A stretch of DNA of 64,000 bases, taken from contig CAVRCI010000002.1 of the NCBI GenBank assembly GCA_963719495.1, forward strand, positions 480,001 through 544,000, given 5' to 3'. This document shows, piece by piece, positions 1 to 9,936 of this stretch. Position numbers and translations under genes: made by a program. The first letter of the stretch is position 1, and every line of letters begins with the position of its first letter. The stretch is from an uncultured Verrucomicrobiae bacterium. GTDB lineage: Bacteria > Verrucomicrobiota > Verrucomicrobiia > Chthoniobacterales > JAATET01. The notes under the pieces were generated by a model. It saw only the letters and a list, made by a program, of their open reading frames with translations, had not been told where the DNA came from and searched no databases.

Positions 1-11
1 CCAATTTCATA

Positions 12-1271
12 ATGGCCCTCCGCATTGCATTGCTCCTCGCGCTCGCCGTTCTCGGCGGGTGCCAGCGGGCGGACGACGGGGTGGTGCATCTGCAGTTTTC
101 GATTTGGGGGTCGCCGCTTCGGCAGGAGGTCGAGCGGTCGATCGTGGCGGAGTTCGAGCGGACGCATCCCAACGTGAAGATCGACCTGCTGGCGATTGGC
201 TCGCGCTACGGCGAGAAGTTGCAGGCGATGATGGTCGGGAACGTCGCGCCGGACATCATCATGGTCGAGATGGTGCAGAGCTTCGAGTGGGCGTCGCGCG
301 GGGTGCTGCTCGATCTGACGGACGACATGCGGGCGATCACGGCCGACGAGACGTTGATGCCGATCCCGGCGAAGGCGTTTGGGCACGGCGGGCGGTTTTA
401 TTCGCTGCCGGTGAATTGCCACGGCTACGTCATGTATTACAACGAGGATGCGTTGGCGCGGGCGGGGGTGGAGCTTCCGACCGGAGGGGCGACGTGGGAT
501 TGGATCGAGAGCGTGGCACCGAGGTTGTCCCGGCGCAACGGCGACCCGGACGCGCCGACCGACTACGCGCTGCTGCTGCCGCCGCCGTTCATTTTTTTCT
601 GGCAGCACGGGGCCTCGCTCTTCGACGACGCTTTCGCACCCACCCGGGTCACCGTCAACTCGCCGGAGAGTGCGGCGGCCATCGAGTTCCTGCGGCGGAT
701 GGAAGCCAGCGGATACGCCGTGCCGCCCGACGTGGTGAGTGAACAAGGCACCTACGAGTTATTCCGCGACGGTCGGGTGGCCTTTTTTTTCACCGGGCGG
801 TCGGCGACGACCGATCTATACGGCAACACGGATTTCGAATGGGATGTCGCGCCCATGCCCGCGGGCCCGGTTTCCGGGATGACGATGCACGGCGGAACGG
901 GGCTGGCCGTTTCGCGCGGATCGAGGCATCCCGAGGAGGCGCGTGAGTTCGTGCGATTCTTTGCGTCGCGGCGGGGAGCGGAGATCGCGATGCGGGGGCG
1001 GCGTTACGTGCCGGTCTTCCGCGATCTGGCCTACGGTCCGGAATTTCTCGCGCTGCGCCCGCCGGAGTCGGTCCGCGTCTATTCCGAGACGATGGAAGCC
1101 GGCGCGGCGGAGACGGTGCTCTACGCGCCGGGCGCGGAGGCGGTGGCCAACATTTTCTACGGGCGCATGCAGCAGGCGATGAGCCAGCCCGAACTGCCCG
1201 CGAGTCAGGTGCTGAAGGGCATGGAAGAGGACTTGCAGCGGTGGCTCGACCGGAGGAACGCACGGCGATGA
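12..1271 (+). CDS. Sugar ABC transporter substrate-binding lipoprotein
   Basis: Lipobox (VLGGC); SBP_bac_1-like motifs (APDII, YYNEDAL, WDVAPMP); ATGA overlap with the following permease. Confidence 0.9.
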   Translation: MALRIALLLALAVLGGCQRADDGVVHLQFSIWGSPLRQEVERSIVAEFERTHPNVKIDLLAIGSRYGEKLQAMMVGNVAPDIIMVEMVQSFEWASRGVLLDLTDDMRAITADETLMPIPAKAFGHGGRFYSLPVNCHGYVMYYNEDALARAGVELPTGGATWDWIESVAPRLSRRNGDPDAPTDYALLLPPPFIFFWQHGASLFDDAFAPTRVTVNSPESAAAIEFLRRMEASGYAVPPDVVSEQGTYELFRDGRVAFFFTGRSATTDLYGNTDFEWDVAPMPAGPVSGMTMHGGTGLAVSRGSRHPEEAREFVRFFASRRGAEIAMRGRRYVPVFRDLAYGPEFLALRPPESVRVYSETMEAGAAETVLYAPGAEAVANIFYGRMQQAMSQPELPASQVLKGMEEDLQRWLDRRNARR

Positions 1272-2185
1272 ACGCGAAACCTCCCGGTCAGCGGCAGGAA
1301 ACGACCGCAGCTCTTTGCTTCCTGCTGCCGAACCTCATCGGCTTTCTGCTCTTCACGGCGTGGCCGGTCGTCGCCTCGCTCGGGCTTAGCTTCACGTCGT
1401 GGGATCTGCTCACGCCGCCGCGCTGGGTCGGGCTGGATAATTACGTCGAGTTGCTCGGATTCCACCAGTCGGCGGAGGGCCTGCGCGCGAACGATCCGAA
1501 CTTCTGGAAATATCTCGGCAACACCCTTTTTCTCATGCTCGTGATCCCGGTGAACATGGCGGGATCGCTCGCGCTGGCGCTGGCGCTGAACCGGAAAATC
1601 CGCTTCTCCCACTTCTATCGCGTGATTTTTTTCCTCCCCAGCATCCTCGCGGGCGTGGCGATCTTCTACCTGTGGCGTTGGATGTATAACCCGGACTTCG
1701 GGTTGATCAACGCGGCCCTCGCGGGGCTCGGCATCGAAGGGCCGCGCTGGCTCGTCGATCCGTTTTGGGCCAAGCCGGCGCTGATGATGATGAGCGTCTG
1801 GCTGGGCGTGGGCGGCGGCAGCATGATCCTGGATCTCGCCGCGCTCCAGGGTGTGCCGCAGGAACTCTACGAGGCGGCGGAGATCGATGGCGCCGGTGCG
1901 TGGCGGAAATTCTGGGTCGTCACCTGGCCGTCGGTCATGCCGGTGACGTTTTTCATCTTCACGATGGCGCTGATCGGCGGGTTCCAGTCCGGCTTCGACA
2001 TGGCCTACATCATGACGGGGGGCGGTCCGTTTGGCAGCACCACCACGATCGGCTATTACATTTACACCAAGGCCTACGTGTTTTTCGAAATGGGCTACGC
2101 GTCCGCCGTGGCCTACGTCCTCTTCGTGATCGTTCTTGGGGTCACGCTCCTGAGCTGGAAACGCGGAGGGCACCAACTCCAATGA
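1268..2185 (+). CDS. Carbohydrate ABC transporter permease 1
   Basis: Hydrophobic; EAA loop (ELYEAAEIDGAG); ATG at 1268 overlaps the upstream stop. Confidence 0.92.
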   Translation: MNAKPPGQRQETTAALCFLLPNLIGFLLFTAWPVVASLGLSFTSWDLLTPPRWVGLDNYVELLGFHQSAEGLRANDPNFWKYLGNTLFLMLVIPVNMAGSLALALALNRKIRFSHFYRVIFFLPSILAGVAIFYLWRWMYNPDFGLINAALAGLGIEGPRWLVDPFWAKPALMMMSVWLGVGGGSMILDLAALQGVPQELYEAAEIDGAGAWRKFWVVTWPSVMPVTFFIFTMALIGGFQSGFDMAYIMTGGGPFGSTTTIGYYIYTKAYVFFEMGYASAVAYVLFVIVLGVTLLSWKRGGHQLQ

Positions 2186-3105
2186 AAGCCGGACTCCGCT
2201 GGCTCTGGCACGTGCCGCTCGTGCTGCTGGGCATCACCTTCCTGTTGCCGCTCGCCTTCATGTTCGCCACGGCGCTCGCGAAGCCGGGGGAGGCGATGGG
2301 GGCGGCCGATTCGCTCGCCGCGATGATCTGGCCGCAGTCGTGGGAGTGGGGGAACTTCGCGGAGGTCTGGCGGGTCGTCCCGTTCCTGCGCTATTACATC
2401 AACAGCCTCGTCGTGGCTCTTGTCGTGACGTGCGGGCAGGTCTTCACCAGCGCCTGCGCCGCTTACGCCTTCTCGCGGCTGCGCTGGCCGGGCCGGGACA
2501 AACTTTTTCTCGCCTACCTCGCGACCATGATGGTGCCGCACTCGGTCACGATGCTGCCGAATTTTGTCGCCATGAAGATCCTGCCGGAATGGCTCGCCGC
2601 CGTCTTGCCGGGCATCGACTGGATGGCGATGCGCTACCTCGGGACGGGGCCGGACGCGATCCCGATCGGGCGGCTCGTCGGGCTGGATTCGTATTTTGCG
2701 CTCACCGTGCCCGGGATGTTCTCGGCCTACGGCACGTTCCTGCTGCGGCAGTTTTTCCTCGGACTTCCGAGGGAACTCGACGAGGCGGCGACGATCGATG
2801 GGTGCAGCTATTGGCAGACGTTTTGCCGGGTCATCCTCCCGCTCGCGCTGCCGGGCTTGGCGACGCTCACTATCTTCACGTTCATGGGTGTCTGGGGTTC
2901 GTTTCTCTGGCCGCTTGTCGTGACGAACCAGGAATTCCTGCGCGTGCTGCCCGTCGGTTTGCAGGCGTTTCAGGGTCAATACGGCACGGAGTGGCACCTC
3001 ATGATGGCGGCGGCTCTGCTGATGCTTTTGCCGATCGTAGGGATCTTCCTGGCGGGCCAACGCTTCTTCGTCTCCGGTCTCACCGTCGGAGCGGTGAAAG
3101 GCTGA
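2182..3105 (+). CDS. Carbohydrate ABC transporter permease 2
   Basis: EAA loop (ELDEAATIDGCS), C-terminal GAVKG; ATG at 2182 overlaps the upstream stop. Confidence 0.92.
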   Translation: MKAGLRWLWHVPLVLLGITFLLPLAFMFATALAKPGEAMGAADSLAAMIWPQSWEWGNFAEVWRVVPFLRYYINSLVVALVVTCGQVFTSACAAYAFSRLRWPGRDKLFLAYLATMMVPHSVTMLPNFVAMKILPEWLAAVLPGIDWMAMRYLGTGPDAIPIGRLVGLDSYFALTVPGMFSAYGTFLLRQFFLGLPRELDEAATIDGCSYWQTFCRVILPLALPGLATLTIFTFMGVWGSFLWPLVVTNQEFLRVLPVGLQAFQGQYGTEWHLMMAAALLMLLPIVGIFLAGQRFFVSGLTVGAVKG

Positions 3106-3116
3106 GGGCGCTCCAC

Positions 3117-3248
3117 GGGGGGAGGGGTTTCACAAGGCGTTGGTGGGGAAATTGCACCGTCACGCGGGGTTGCCTCGCCGGGATCTGGTGGGGGACGTGG
3201 CGGGGACGCGGGCGTTGGCTTTCGATGACGTGATGGAGGTGAGCGGGA
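3117..3248 (+). pseudogene. Degenerate duplicated fragment of the downstream sulfatase gene (copy of ~4562-4693)
   Basis: 3136-3248 aligns almost base for base with 4581-4693 (tggtggggaaattgcaccgtcacgcgggg...tgacgtgatggaggtg); no start codon. Confidence 0.85.
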
Positions 3249-3365
3249 TTGCCGGATGGGCGTCGGTCGCGCCATACTTCGGCGATGACTGAAGGCGTTT
3301 CCCGAGGTATTAGAACCTTCCCTTCGCACGGTGAGACCCTCGCGCCGCGGGCACTTGGCTAATAC

Positions 3366-3869
3366 ATGGAAGCGACGATCCGCATTCTGAACGAACTGGA
3401 GCGTGAGGGCGTGATCCATCGCTACGCCATCGGCGGTGCGGTTGGCGCGATCTTCTACATGGAGCCGTTCCTCACCTACGATCTCGACGTGTTTGTCGTC
3501 CTGCCGGAGACGGCGGGCGGACTTGTCACGTTGACGCCAATTTACGAGGCCTTGCGCGCGCGGGGTTGCGAGGCCGAGGGCGAATGCGTGATGGTGGCCG
3601 GGATGCCGGTGCAGTTTTTGCCCGCCCACAACGCTCTGCTGGAGGAGGCGCTGGCCGGGGCGCGGGAAACGCGCTACGACGATGTCCCGGTGCGCGTTCT
3701 GCAACCGGAGCATTTGGCGGCGATCATGCTGCAGACGGGCCGGGCCAAGGATCGTCAGCGGTTCGATACCTTTCTGAAGGAAGCGCCGTTGGACGACGAG
3801 TCGTTGCGGGAGGTGTTGAAGCGGCACGCGTTGGCGGATAGATACCAGCAATGGACGAAAGCGAACTAG
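3366..3869 (+). CDS. Nucleotidyltransferase-fold protein (possible toxin-antitoxin component)
   Basis: IGGxA...TxDLD motif and C-terminal RAKD motif, typical of pol-beta-fold AbiEii/DUF6036-like proteins. Confidence 0.7.
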   Translation: MEATIRILNELEREGVIHRYAIGGAVGAIFYMEPFLTYDLDVFVVLPETAGGLVTLTPIYEALRARGCEAEGECVMVAGMPVQFLPAHNALLEEALAGARETRYDDVPVRVLQPEHLAAIMLQTGRAKDRQRFDTFLKEAPLDDESLREVLKRHALADRYQQWTKAN

Positions 3870-4045
3870 ACCGCCTGCTCGCGGGTAAGGAGGCTCGCCG
3901 CCATCGATTGGCCCGGGTGCCGATCGAGGAAAAATTGCGCGCCGTCGTACGCCTGCAGGAGATCGCCGCGCCGATTCTTCGCGCTCGCGGGCGCGACGTG
4001 CGTCCGTGGCGGATCGAAGCCTTCGAAAGAGTCAGACAGGATTAA
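3851..4045 (+). CDS. Small basic helical protein, probable partner of the nucleotidyltransferase
   Basis: 64 aa ORF overlapping the 3' end of the upstream gene. Confidence 0.6.
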   Translation: MDESELDRLLAGKEARRHRLARVPIEEKLRAVVRLQEIAAPILRARGRDVRPWRIEAFERVRQD

Positions 4046-4152
4046 CAGGATTTACAGGATGGTCTGAAGGGACTGAGGGAAGGTTGAGCGTTCAAATGTG
4101 AGATGAGTGGCCCGGCTTCGGTGAATGAAATCCAATCCTGTTCACCTGTAAA
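4035..4152. repeat. Intergenic element with inverted 9-bp ACAGGATT(A/T) tandem units
   Basis: gacaggattaacaggatttacaggat at the left; aatcctgttcacctgtaaat at the right. Confidence 0.7.
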
Positions 4153-4208
4153 TTGCCTTTCAGGCTGTCTCCGCTGCGCTCCGGCTCTGTCTATTTTGGG
4201 TTTTTGAT

Positions 4209-4218
4209 TAACGGCTTA
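4209..4218 (+). promoter_or_regulatory. Putative operator TAACGGCTTA, overlapping TATAAT at 4217-4222
   Basis: One of nine copies; ~80 bp upstream of the sulfatase start. Confidence 0.7.
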
Positions 4219-4299
4219 TAATGCGAATTCGCCTGTCAGCTTGTCGGCGAGCGGGGTCGCGAGCTATGACTCTCCGGTGAAAATCGTGGAGGAGCGCGG

Positions 4300-5709
4300 G
4301 TGAACATTCTTTTTCTGACGATCGATCAGCACCGGTGGGACTTCGTCGAGGGGGGCGGGGTGCCGGGATTGCGGACGCCGACGATGGCACGGCTGCGGGC
4401 GGAGGGGACGACGTTTCCCAACGCGTTGAGCAATTGCCCGGTGTGCATGCCGACGCGGTTCACGTGGATGCACGGGCTGTATGCGAGTCAGGCTTCGGCG
4501 GGGTTGCTGGAGAACGCGGCGGACTGGCCGACGGGGTTGCCGACGCTGCCGGGGGTGCTGCGGGGGGCGGGGTATCGCACGGCGCTGGTGGGGAAATTGC
4601 ACCGTCACGCGGGGCTGGCTCGCCGGGATCTGGTGGCGGACGTGGCGGGGACGCGGGCGTTGGGTTTCGGTGACGTGATGGAGGTGGGCGGGAAATCGTT
4701 GGCGCTTTGGTATGACTGCAATTGGACGCGGCACCTGCGGGAGCGGGGCGGGTGGGGGGATTACGTGCGGGACGTGGTGGCGCGGGGGGATGAATTCGGG
4801 CAGTCGCGCAGCGGGCCGGCGTCGGTGCTGCGGGAGGAGGATTCGATGGACGCGTTCGTGGCGGGGCGGGCGTGCGCGTGGCTGGAGAATTACGCGGAGG
4901 AGCGGCCGTTTTATCTGCACGCGTCCTTGTGCGGGCCGCACTTTCCCGTGGATCCGCCGGAGCGGTTCGCGGCGCGCTACGAGGCGGAGGCCATGCCGCC
5001 GCCGGAGGGGGTCGACGATCCGGAGAAGGTGCGGGCGTGGCGGCGGCGGCGGGCGGGCTACGCGGCGTTGGTGGAGCACGTGGATTTCGAGTTGGGGCGA
5101 ATCCTCGACGCGCTGGAGCGGTCGGGTCGGGCGGGGGAGACGCTGGTCGTCTTCGGGTCGGACCACGGGGAGATGATCGGGCACCGGGATCGGGCGAACA
5201 AGGGAACGCCTTACGAAACGTCGGTGCGCACGCCGGTGACGTTCCGGCTGCCGGGGCGGATTCCGGCTGGGCGGGTGGTGGAGGATTTGTTGGAGGCGGT
5301 GGATCTGCCGCTGACGATGGCGGAGGCGGCGGGGATCGCGGAGCCGGGTGGGAGATTTCGGAATACGCCGGGCCGCTCGGCTTGGGCGCGGGTGACGGGG
5401 ACGGCGACCGAGCCGGTGCGGACGCACGGCTACAGCGAGGCCGGTGTGGGGGAGCGGGCGTGGCGTTCGTGCCGGGATGGCCGGTATAAGCTGGTCGTGC
5501 GGGGGGACGGAGCGGATGAGCTTTACGATTTGGAGGGCGACCCGTGGGAGCTGGCGAATCGGATCGACGATCCGGCGTTGGCGGAGGTGCGCGGGGGTCT
5601 GCGGGCGGAGCTGTTGCGGACGATGGCGCGGTGCCTGGTCGCGGTGGAGCGGGGCGAGCGATTGACGCGGGACGATTGGTGGCGGGCGGAGCTGGGGCTC
5701 GGCGGGTGA
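4300..5709 (+). CDS. Sulfatase (S1 family)
   Basis: NILFLTIDQHR, CMPTR (CxPxR), GKLH, SDHGE, ELYDL motifs. Confidence 0.92.
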   Translation: MNILFLTIDQHRWDFVEGGGVPGLRTPTMARLRAEGTTFPNALSNCPVCMPTRFTWMHGLYASQASAGLLENAADWPTGLPTLPGVLRGAGYRTALVGKLHRHAGLARRDLVADVAGTRALGFGDVMEVGGKSLALWYDCNWTRHLRERGGWGDYVRDVVARGDEFGQSRSGPASVLREEDSMDAFVAGRACAWLENYAEERPFYLHASLCGPHFPVDPPERFAARYEAEAMPPPEGVDDPEKVRAWRRRRAGYAALVEHVDFELGRILDALERSGRAGETLVVFGSDHGEMIGHRDRANKGTPYETSVRTPVTFRLPGRIPAGRVVEDLLEAVDLPLTMAEAAGIAEPGGRFRNTPGRSAWARVTGTATEPVRTHGYSEAGVGERAWRSCRDGRYKLVVRGDGADELYDLEGDPWELANRIDDPALAEVRGGLRAELLRTMARCLVAVERGERLTRDDWWRAELGLGG

Positions 5710-6707
5710 GGGCGGCGGTATGGCTGCTGGCGGTCGTTGGGCTCTGGTCGGCTCACGCGGCGGAGGAGCGCATCGTTCTCGAGAACGGGGGGAGTCGGCT
5801 CGAAATCGTCCCCGACGCGGGGGGACGGGTGGTGAGTTTTCGTCACGACGATTCGCCGAATTTCATCGAGGCGAACGAGGCGGTGCTGGCGGGTGACGAG
5901 CCGCTGCCGGAGGCGGAGTTCGATGCGAAATACGTCCCGCTGGACGGGCACATCGTGTGGATCGCACCGCAGTCGGCATGGTGGCAGCGGAATCGCGACA
6001 AGCCCTACCGGGTGGATTGGCCGCCGGATCCGTGGTGGGAATACGGGCGATTCAAGGTGGTTGAGCGGACGGCGAGTGCGGTGACGCTGGACGGGCCGTT
6101 CAGTCCGCTGGCGTCGCTGCGGATGCGGAAGTCCTTCGCGGTCGCGGCGGACGGGAGCGTGACGATGGATTACACGATCACGAATCCGACCGACGCGGAG
6201 GTGGCGGGGGCGATCTGGAGTAACACGCGGGTGGTGCCAGAGGCGGCGGTGATTGTGGATTTTCGCGGGGAGGCGGACGCGGAGGTCGTGTTCCAACCGG
6301 GGCGGAAGGGGCGGACGCCGGTGCCGTTGGAATACGAGGTGATTAGGAACTACGTCGTGCCGCGCCACCTGGCGATGCGGGCGGCGGGAAAAGAGTTCAA
6401 CGGGAAGCTCGCGGTGACGGCGGAGGGACGGCGGATCGCGGCTTTTCTGGACGGTTGGGTGTTTGTGAAAGAAGCGGATCGGGTGACTCCGGCGGGGGAG
6501 ACGGCACCGGGTCAGCGGTTCATCGAGGTTTTCGCGAATGGGCGACCGGGGGAAGCGGGTTACCTCGAGTTGGAGTTCCAAGGGCCGTATGGCGTGATCG
6601 CGCCGGGGGAGGCGCGGCATTTTCGCGAGCGGTGGCGGTTGGTGCCGGATGGGGGCGCGGCGGGTGATGGGGAGCGGGGGGAGTGGTTGGATAGTTTGCG
6701 GGAGTGA
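5706..6707 (+). CDS. Secreted galactose-mutarotase-like (DUF4380-like) protein
   Basis: GTG at 5706 overlaps the sulfatase stop; signal peptide; GGRVVS, GHIVWIAPQ..W, WPPDP and YLELE motifs. Confidence 0.6.
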   Translation: MRAAVWLLAVVGLWSAHAAEERIVLENGGSRLEIVPDAGGRVVSFRHDDSPNFIEANEAVLAGDEPLPEAEFDAKYVPLDGHIVWIAPQSAWWQRNRDKPYRVDWPPDPWWEYGRFKVVERTASAVTLDGPFSPLASLRMRKSFAVAADGSVTMDYTITNPTDAEVAGAIWSNTRVVPEAAVIVDFRGEADAEVVFQPGRKGRTPVPLEYEVIRNYVVPRHLAMRAAGKEFNGKLAVTAEGRRIAAFLDGWVFVKEADRVTPAGETAPGQRFIEVFANGRPGEAGYLELEFQGPYGVIAPGEARHFRERWRLVPDGGAAGDGERGEWLDSLRE

Positions 6708-6711
6708 GTGA

Positions 6712-6777
6712 TTCTCGCGCGAGAGCGCGAAGGGAATCCGGGATACGGGTCTCGCGCAGAGACGCGGGGGCGCAGAG
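6712..6777. repeat. Short intergenic repeat (TCTCRCGC...GCGCAGAG family), copy 1
   Basis: Aligns with 20610-20676; lies between convergent genes. Confidence 0.7.
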
Positions 6778-6786
6778 GGGTGAAGG

Positions 6787-8469
6787 TTACGATTTGGGTG
6801 GGGTGAAGGTCACGATGGTGACGGACTTGGCGGGGAGGTTGATCTGGTAGGTGTTGGGTTCGGTGGGGTGGAAGGTTGTTTCTTGGGTTTGGGTGAGGGG
6901 GGTGCCGGATTTGCGGGCAGCTCGTTCGTCGTCGACGCCGGTGAGGGTGGTTTGGGTGGTGCTTGAGAAGGGTGCGAAGGCGTTGAGGTCGAGGGGGACG
7001 GTGAGGGTCTCGTCGTAGCTGCGGTTGATGAAGTGGGCGTGGATGGTGCCGTTGGTTTGGCGGGTGAAGAGGCAGTCGAGGAGGGCGACTTTTGCGGAGG
7101 GTTCGAGCTGGCCGAGGGTGATGGGTTGGGGGGTGGTCGGCAGCGGGGTGGCGGGGGTCCAGGCGAGTTGGTCGATGCCGTGGGATTTGCGGTAGAGCGC
7201 GAGGATGGCTCCGGTGGGGAAAATGGTGGCGTGGCCGTCGCGGGCATCGATGGCGCGGAGTTCCCACTGGCTGCCGACGAGGAGGGATTGGGTGGCGAGG
7301 GCGATGGTGCCGGGATTGCGGAGGATGCCGTGGAGGAGGCTGGCGCTGGCGACGCCTTTGGCCCAGAGGGGTTCGTGGAAGGGTGGCTTGGCGTCGTCGG
7401 GGAGCTGCCACCAGGAATTCCAATTCCATTCGGTGAGGGCGACCGGGTATCCGGCGGCGTTGGTCTTCGCGACGAGCGGTTCGTCCCAGAGGGCGAGACC
7501 GCGTTCGTCGGTGCCGGGGGCGCTGACGGCGGCGTTCCAATAGTCTTCTTCGGTGAAGGTGGCGGGGTCGATGGGTTCGCCGTGGCGGAGGAGACGGTCG
7601 ATGCCCCACGCGTAGTATTGGTGGGTCGAGAGGTAGTCGATCCGGTCGCCGAGGCGCTCGCGGAGGCGGTCGGTGACGGGGAGGCCGATCTTGGCGATTT
7701 CGGGGTAGTTTTCGACGAGGATGGCGGCGTCGGGGTCGAGGGACTCGATCATCGTGAGCGTGCGCTCGACGGCGTCGACGTAGGTGGTGGCGATCCGATC
7801 GTCCGACCAGCCCTTTTTGCGGAGATTCGGGACGGCGACCCAGGCGAACTCGTTGCCGATCTGCCAGTAAGGTATCGACCACGGCTCGCTGCGGCCATTG
7901 GCGATCCGGAGCGCGACCCATGGCCGGAGGTCGGCGGGGAGGGCCGGATCGTCGATCCGACCGGTGACGTAGGCGGCCATCGAGCGGGCGGCGGCGAAGA
8001 TATCGTCGGGCGGGATCAGCGCGCGCACCTGATCGGCGAGCGGGAGGACGAGAAGGGGGGCGATGGATTCGGCTTCGCAGAAGTCGAGGAATTCGTTGAG
8101 GCCGAATTTGAATCGCCGCTCGTCCTTGGCGGCGCCGTCCGCGGGACCGTCGATGAGCTGCGTCCAGCGGAACCCGGGACTCTCGACGAGACCGCCGCCG
8201 GGGTAGCGGAGCAGGGGGGGGGCGATCTCGAGGATGGCGGCGACGACGTTTGCGCGGAGGGTGCCGGTGGCGGGATCGATGGCGGCCTCGGGGCCGGGCT
8301 CGTCCTGCGTGGTCAGTTCGACCAGACTGCCAAACATCCGGTCGTCGACGTGGCCGACGACTTCGTCGTGAACGGTGATCGTTGGGATGGCTAGCGGGCT
8401 TTTGTCGGCGTCTTCTGCCCAAGCGGCGCTGGCGATGAGGAGGATTGCGAAGAGGGAGCGGGAGGTCAT
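6787..8469 (-). CDS. GH51-like (alpha-L-arabinofuranosidase-like) secreted glycoside hydrolase
   Basis: Signal peptide; LRYPGG, FGLNEF, WQIGNE and TEWN motifs; C-terminal beta-sandwich ending PAKSVT. Confidence 0.75.
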   Translation of the reverse strand: MTSRSLFAILLIASAAWAEDADKSPLAIPTITVHDEVVGHVDDRMFGSLVELTTQDEPGPEAAIDPATGTLRANVVAAILEIAPPLLRYPGGGLVESPGFRWTQLIDGPADGAAKDERRFKFGLNEFLDFCEAESIAPLLVLPLADQVRALIPPDDIFAAARSMAAYVTGRIDDPALPADLRPWVALRIANGRSEPWSIPYWQIGNEFAWVAVPNLRKKGWSDDRIATTYVDAVERTLTMIESLDPDAAILVENYPEIAKIGLPVTDRLRERLGDRIDYLSTHQYYAWGIDRLLRHGEPIDPATFTEEDYWNAAVSAPGTDERGLALWDEPLVAKTNAAGYPVALTEWNWNSWWQLPDDAKPPFHEPLWAKGVASASLLHGILRNPGTIALATQSLLVGSQWELRAIDARDGHATIFPTGAILALYRKSHGIDQLAWTPATPLPTTPQPITLGQLEPSAKVALLDCLFTRQTNGTIHAHFINRSYDETLTVPLDLNAFAPFSSTTQTTLTGVDDERAARKSGTPLTQTQETTFHPTEPNTYQINLPAKSVTIVTFTPPKS

Positions 8470-8523
8470 GAGGGGAGTGTAGGCGTTAGCGAGCATCAGG
8501 ACGCAAGGATTGCCGCGAAATAA

Positions 8524-8538
8524 TAACGGGATAGCATT
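8524..8538 (+). promoter_or_regulatory. Putative operator variant TAACGGGATAGCATT between the divergent GH51-like gene and the pilin cassette
   Basis: 14/15 identical to the copies at 15435 and 16926. Confidence 0.65.
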
Positions 8539-8694
8539 CCGCTCCCTTTTGCGGGAGTCGACCGTGCATAGGTTGCATTCGAGCGACAGTTCGCTGAATG
8601 GTCCCCATCGTTCTCCCTGTATTTCGGGGTGGGTGTTAAACAGTTAAGCTGACGCCGATTTCATCCCCGAACTTCCCAATTTTTCCCCGCACCC

Positions 8695-9492
8695 GTGAGA
8701 CATTCCTCCGCGTCCTCCCGCTCCCGCTCTGAGCGCTCGCTGGCGTTCAGCCTCACGGAGTTGCTTGTGGTGATGGCGGTGATTGCGGTGATGGTGGGCC
8801 TGGCGGTGCCGGCGATGAATGCGTTGCGTGGGGCGGGTGACATCACGCGGTCGGCTTACGAGATGGTGGCGACGCTGGAACAGGCGCGGGCTTACGCAAT
8901 GGCGAACAATACTTACGTGTTCGTTGGATTTTTCGAAGAGGACGGGGCGCTTTCGGGTTCGGCTGGGACGGCGGGAACGGGGCGGGTGGTGGTCGCGGCG
9001 GCGGCTTCGACGGACGGGACGCGGGTCTATCCGGCGAGTGGAACGTTGAGCCGACTGGACGCGACGGCGGACACGTTGCGGCCGATCATGAAGCCGATCA
9101 AAATGAACAACCTCGATCTGGCTGAGCTGGCGGCGACCGACCCGGAGCGTCCGGGCTCGGTGCCGAACGAGTATCAGGTGGCGGCGGCGGATTTTGCCAA
9201 GACGCCGAGTTCGGCGAGCGGTGGATCGTTGACTCCGAACAGCGCGACATTTTCGTATCCGCTGGGCGCGTCGAGCGGCTCGGCCCAATACACGTTTCAA
9301 AAGATCATCCAGTTCGATCCGAGGGGCGACGCGAGCAAGATCCGGGACACGCCGCCACGGCTGATGGAGATCGGCTTGCGGGTGGCGCGGGGCAATCAGG
9401 CTGACACGAATTCCGCGAATCTCGTCGCGATCCAGCTTACGGGCATTGCTGGCGACGTGGACCTTTACCGCCCGAACCAACGAATCCCATGA
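8695..9492 (+). CDS. Prepilin-type protein, Verru_Chthon cassette D-like (FimT/GspH-like)
   Basis: A-FSLTELLVVMAVIAV N-methylation motif; LEQARAYAMANN. Confidence 0.8.
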   Translation: MRHSSASSRSRSERSLAFSLTELLVVMAVIAVMVGLAVPAMNALRGAGDITRSAYEMVATLEQARAYAMANNTYVFVGFFEEDGALSGSAGTAGTGRVVVAAAASTDGTRVYPASGTLSRLDATADTLRPIMKPIKMNNLDLAELAATDPERPGSVPNEYQVAAADFAKTPSSASGGSLTPNSATFSYPLGASSGSAQYTFQKIIQFDPRGDASKIRDTPPRLMEIGLRVARGNQADTNSANLVAIQLTGIAGDVDLYRPNQRIP

Positions 9493-9935
9493 AGACCCCC
9501 AAACTCCCCAGCACCCGCGGCTTTTCCCTCGTGGAAGTCACTCTGGCCCTCGGCCTGATGGCCTTCTGCATGACGGCAATCTTCGGATTGCTGCCGGTGG
9601 GGATGAACTCGAATCGAGCCGCTATCGCGCAAACGGAAGCGGTCAATTTGATCAGCACGATTCACTCCGATCTCAAGTCGACACCACGGGACGCGACGGC
9701 TTCGTCGACGTTCAATCTGCCGATGACCGGGCAAAGCGCGGTGATGTATTTCAACGAGGATGGCGGGGAGGAATCAGTGGGTGACGCGAACTTCCGGGCA
9801 CAGGTGTTTTTGAGTTCCGTGTCGGGTCAGGCCGCGACGACAGGGCGGATCGTGGTGAGCTGGCCGGCGCAGCAGGACGATGTGGCGCAAGCGTTTGGGC
9901 GGGTGGAATCGTTCGTCGCACTGGACCGGAATTGA
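9489..9935 (+). CDS. Prepilin-type protein, Verru_Chthon cassette B-like (PilV/GspI-like)
   Basis: RG-FSLVEVTLALG; GLLPVG. Confidence 0.85.
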   Translation: MKTPKLPSTRGFSLVEVTLALGLMAFCMTAIFGLLPVGMNSNRAAIAQTEAVNLISTIHSDLKSTPRDATASSTFNLPMTGQSAVMYFNEDGGEESVGDANFRAQVFLSSVSGQAATTGRIVVSWPAQQDDVAQAFGRVESFVALDRN

Positions 9936-9936
9936 G

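Noticed and set aside
1832..1834. Asp in MILDLAALQ where permeases usually have an aromatic residue
   Set aside because: Single substitution; polymorphism or sequencing error cannot be distinguished.
8637..8646. TAAACAGTTA as another operator copy
   Set aside because: Two mismatches in the otherwise conserved core; may be a promoter element.
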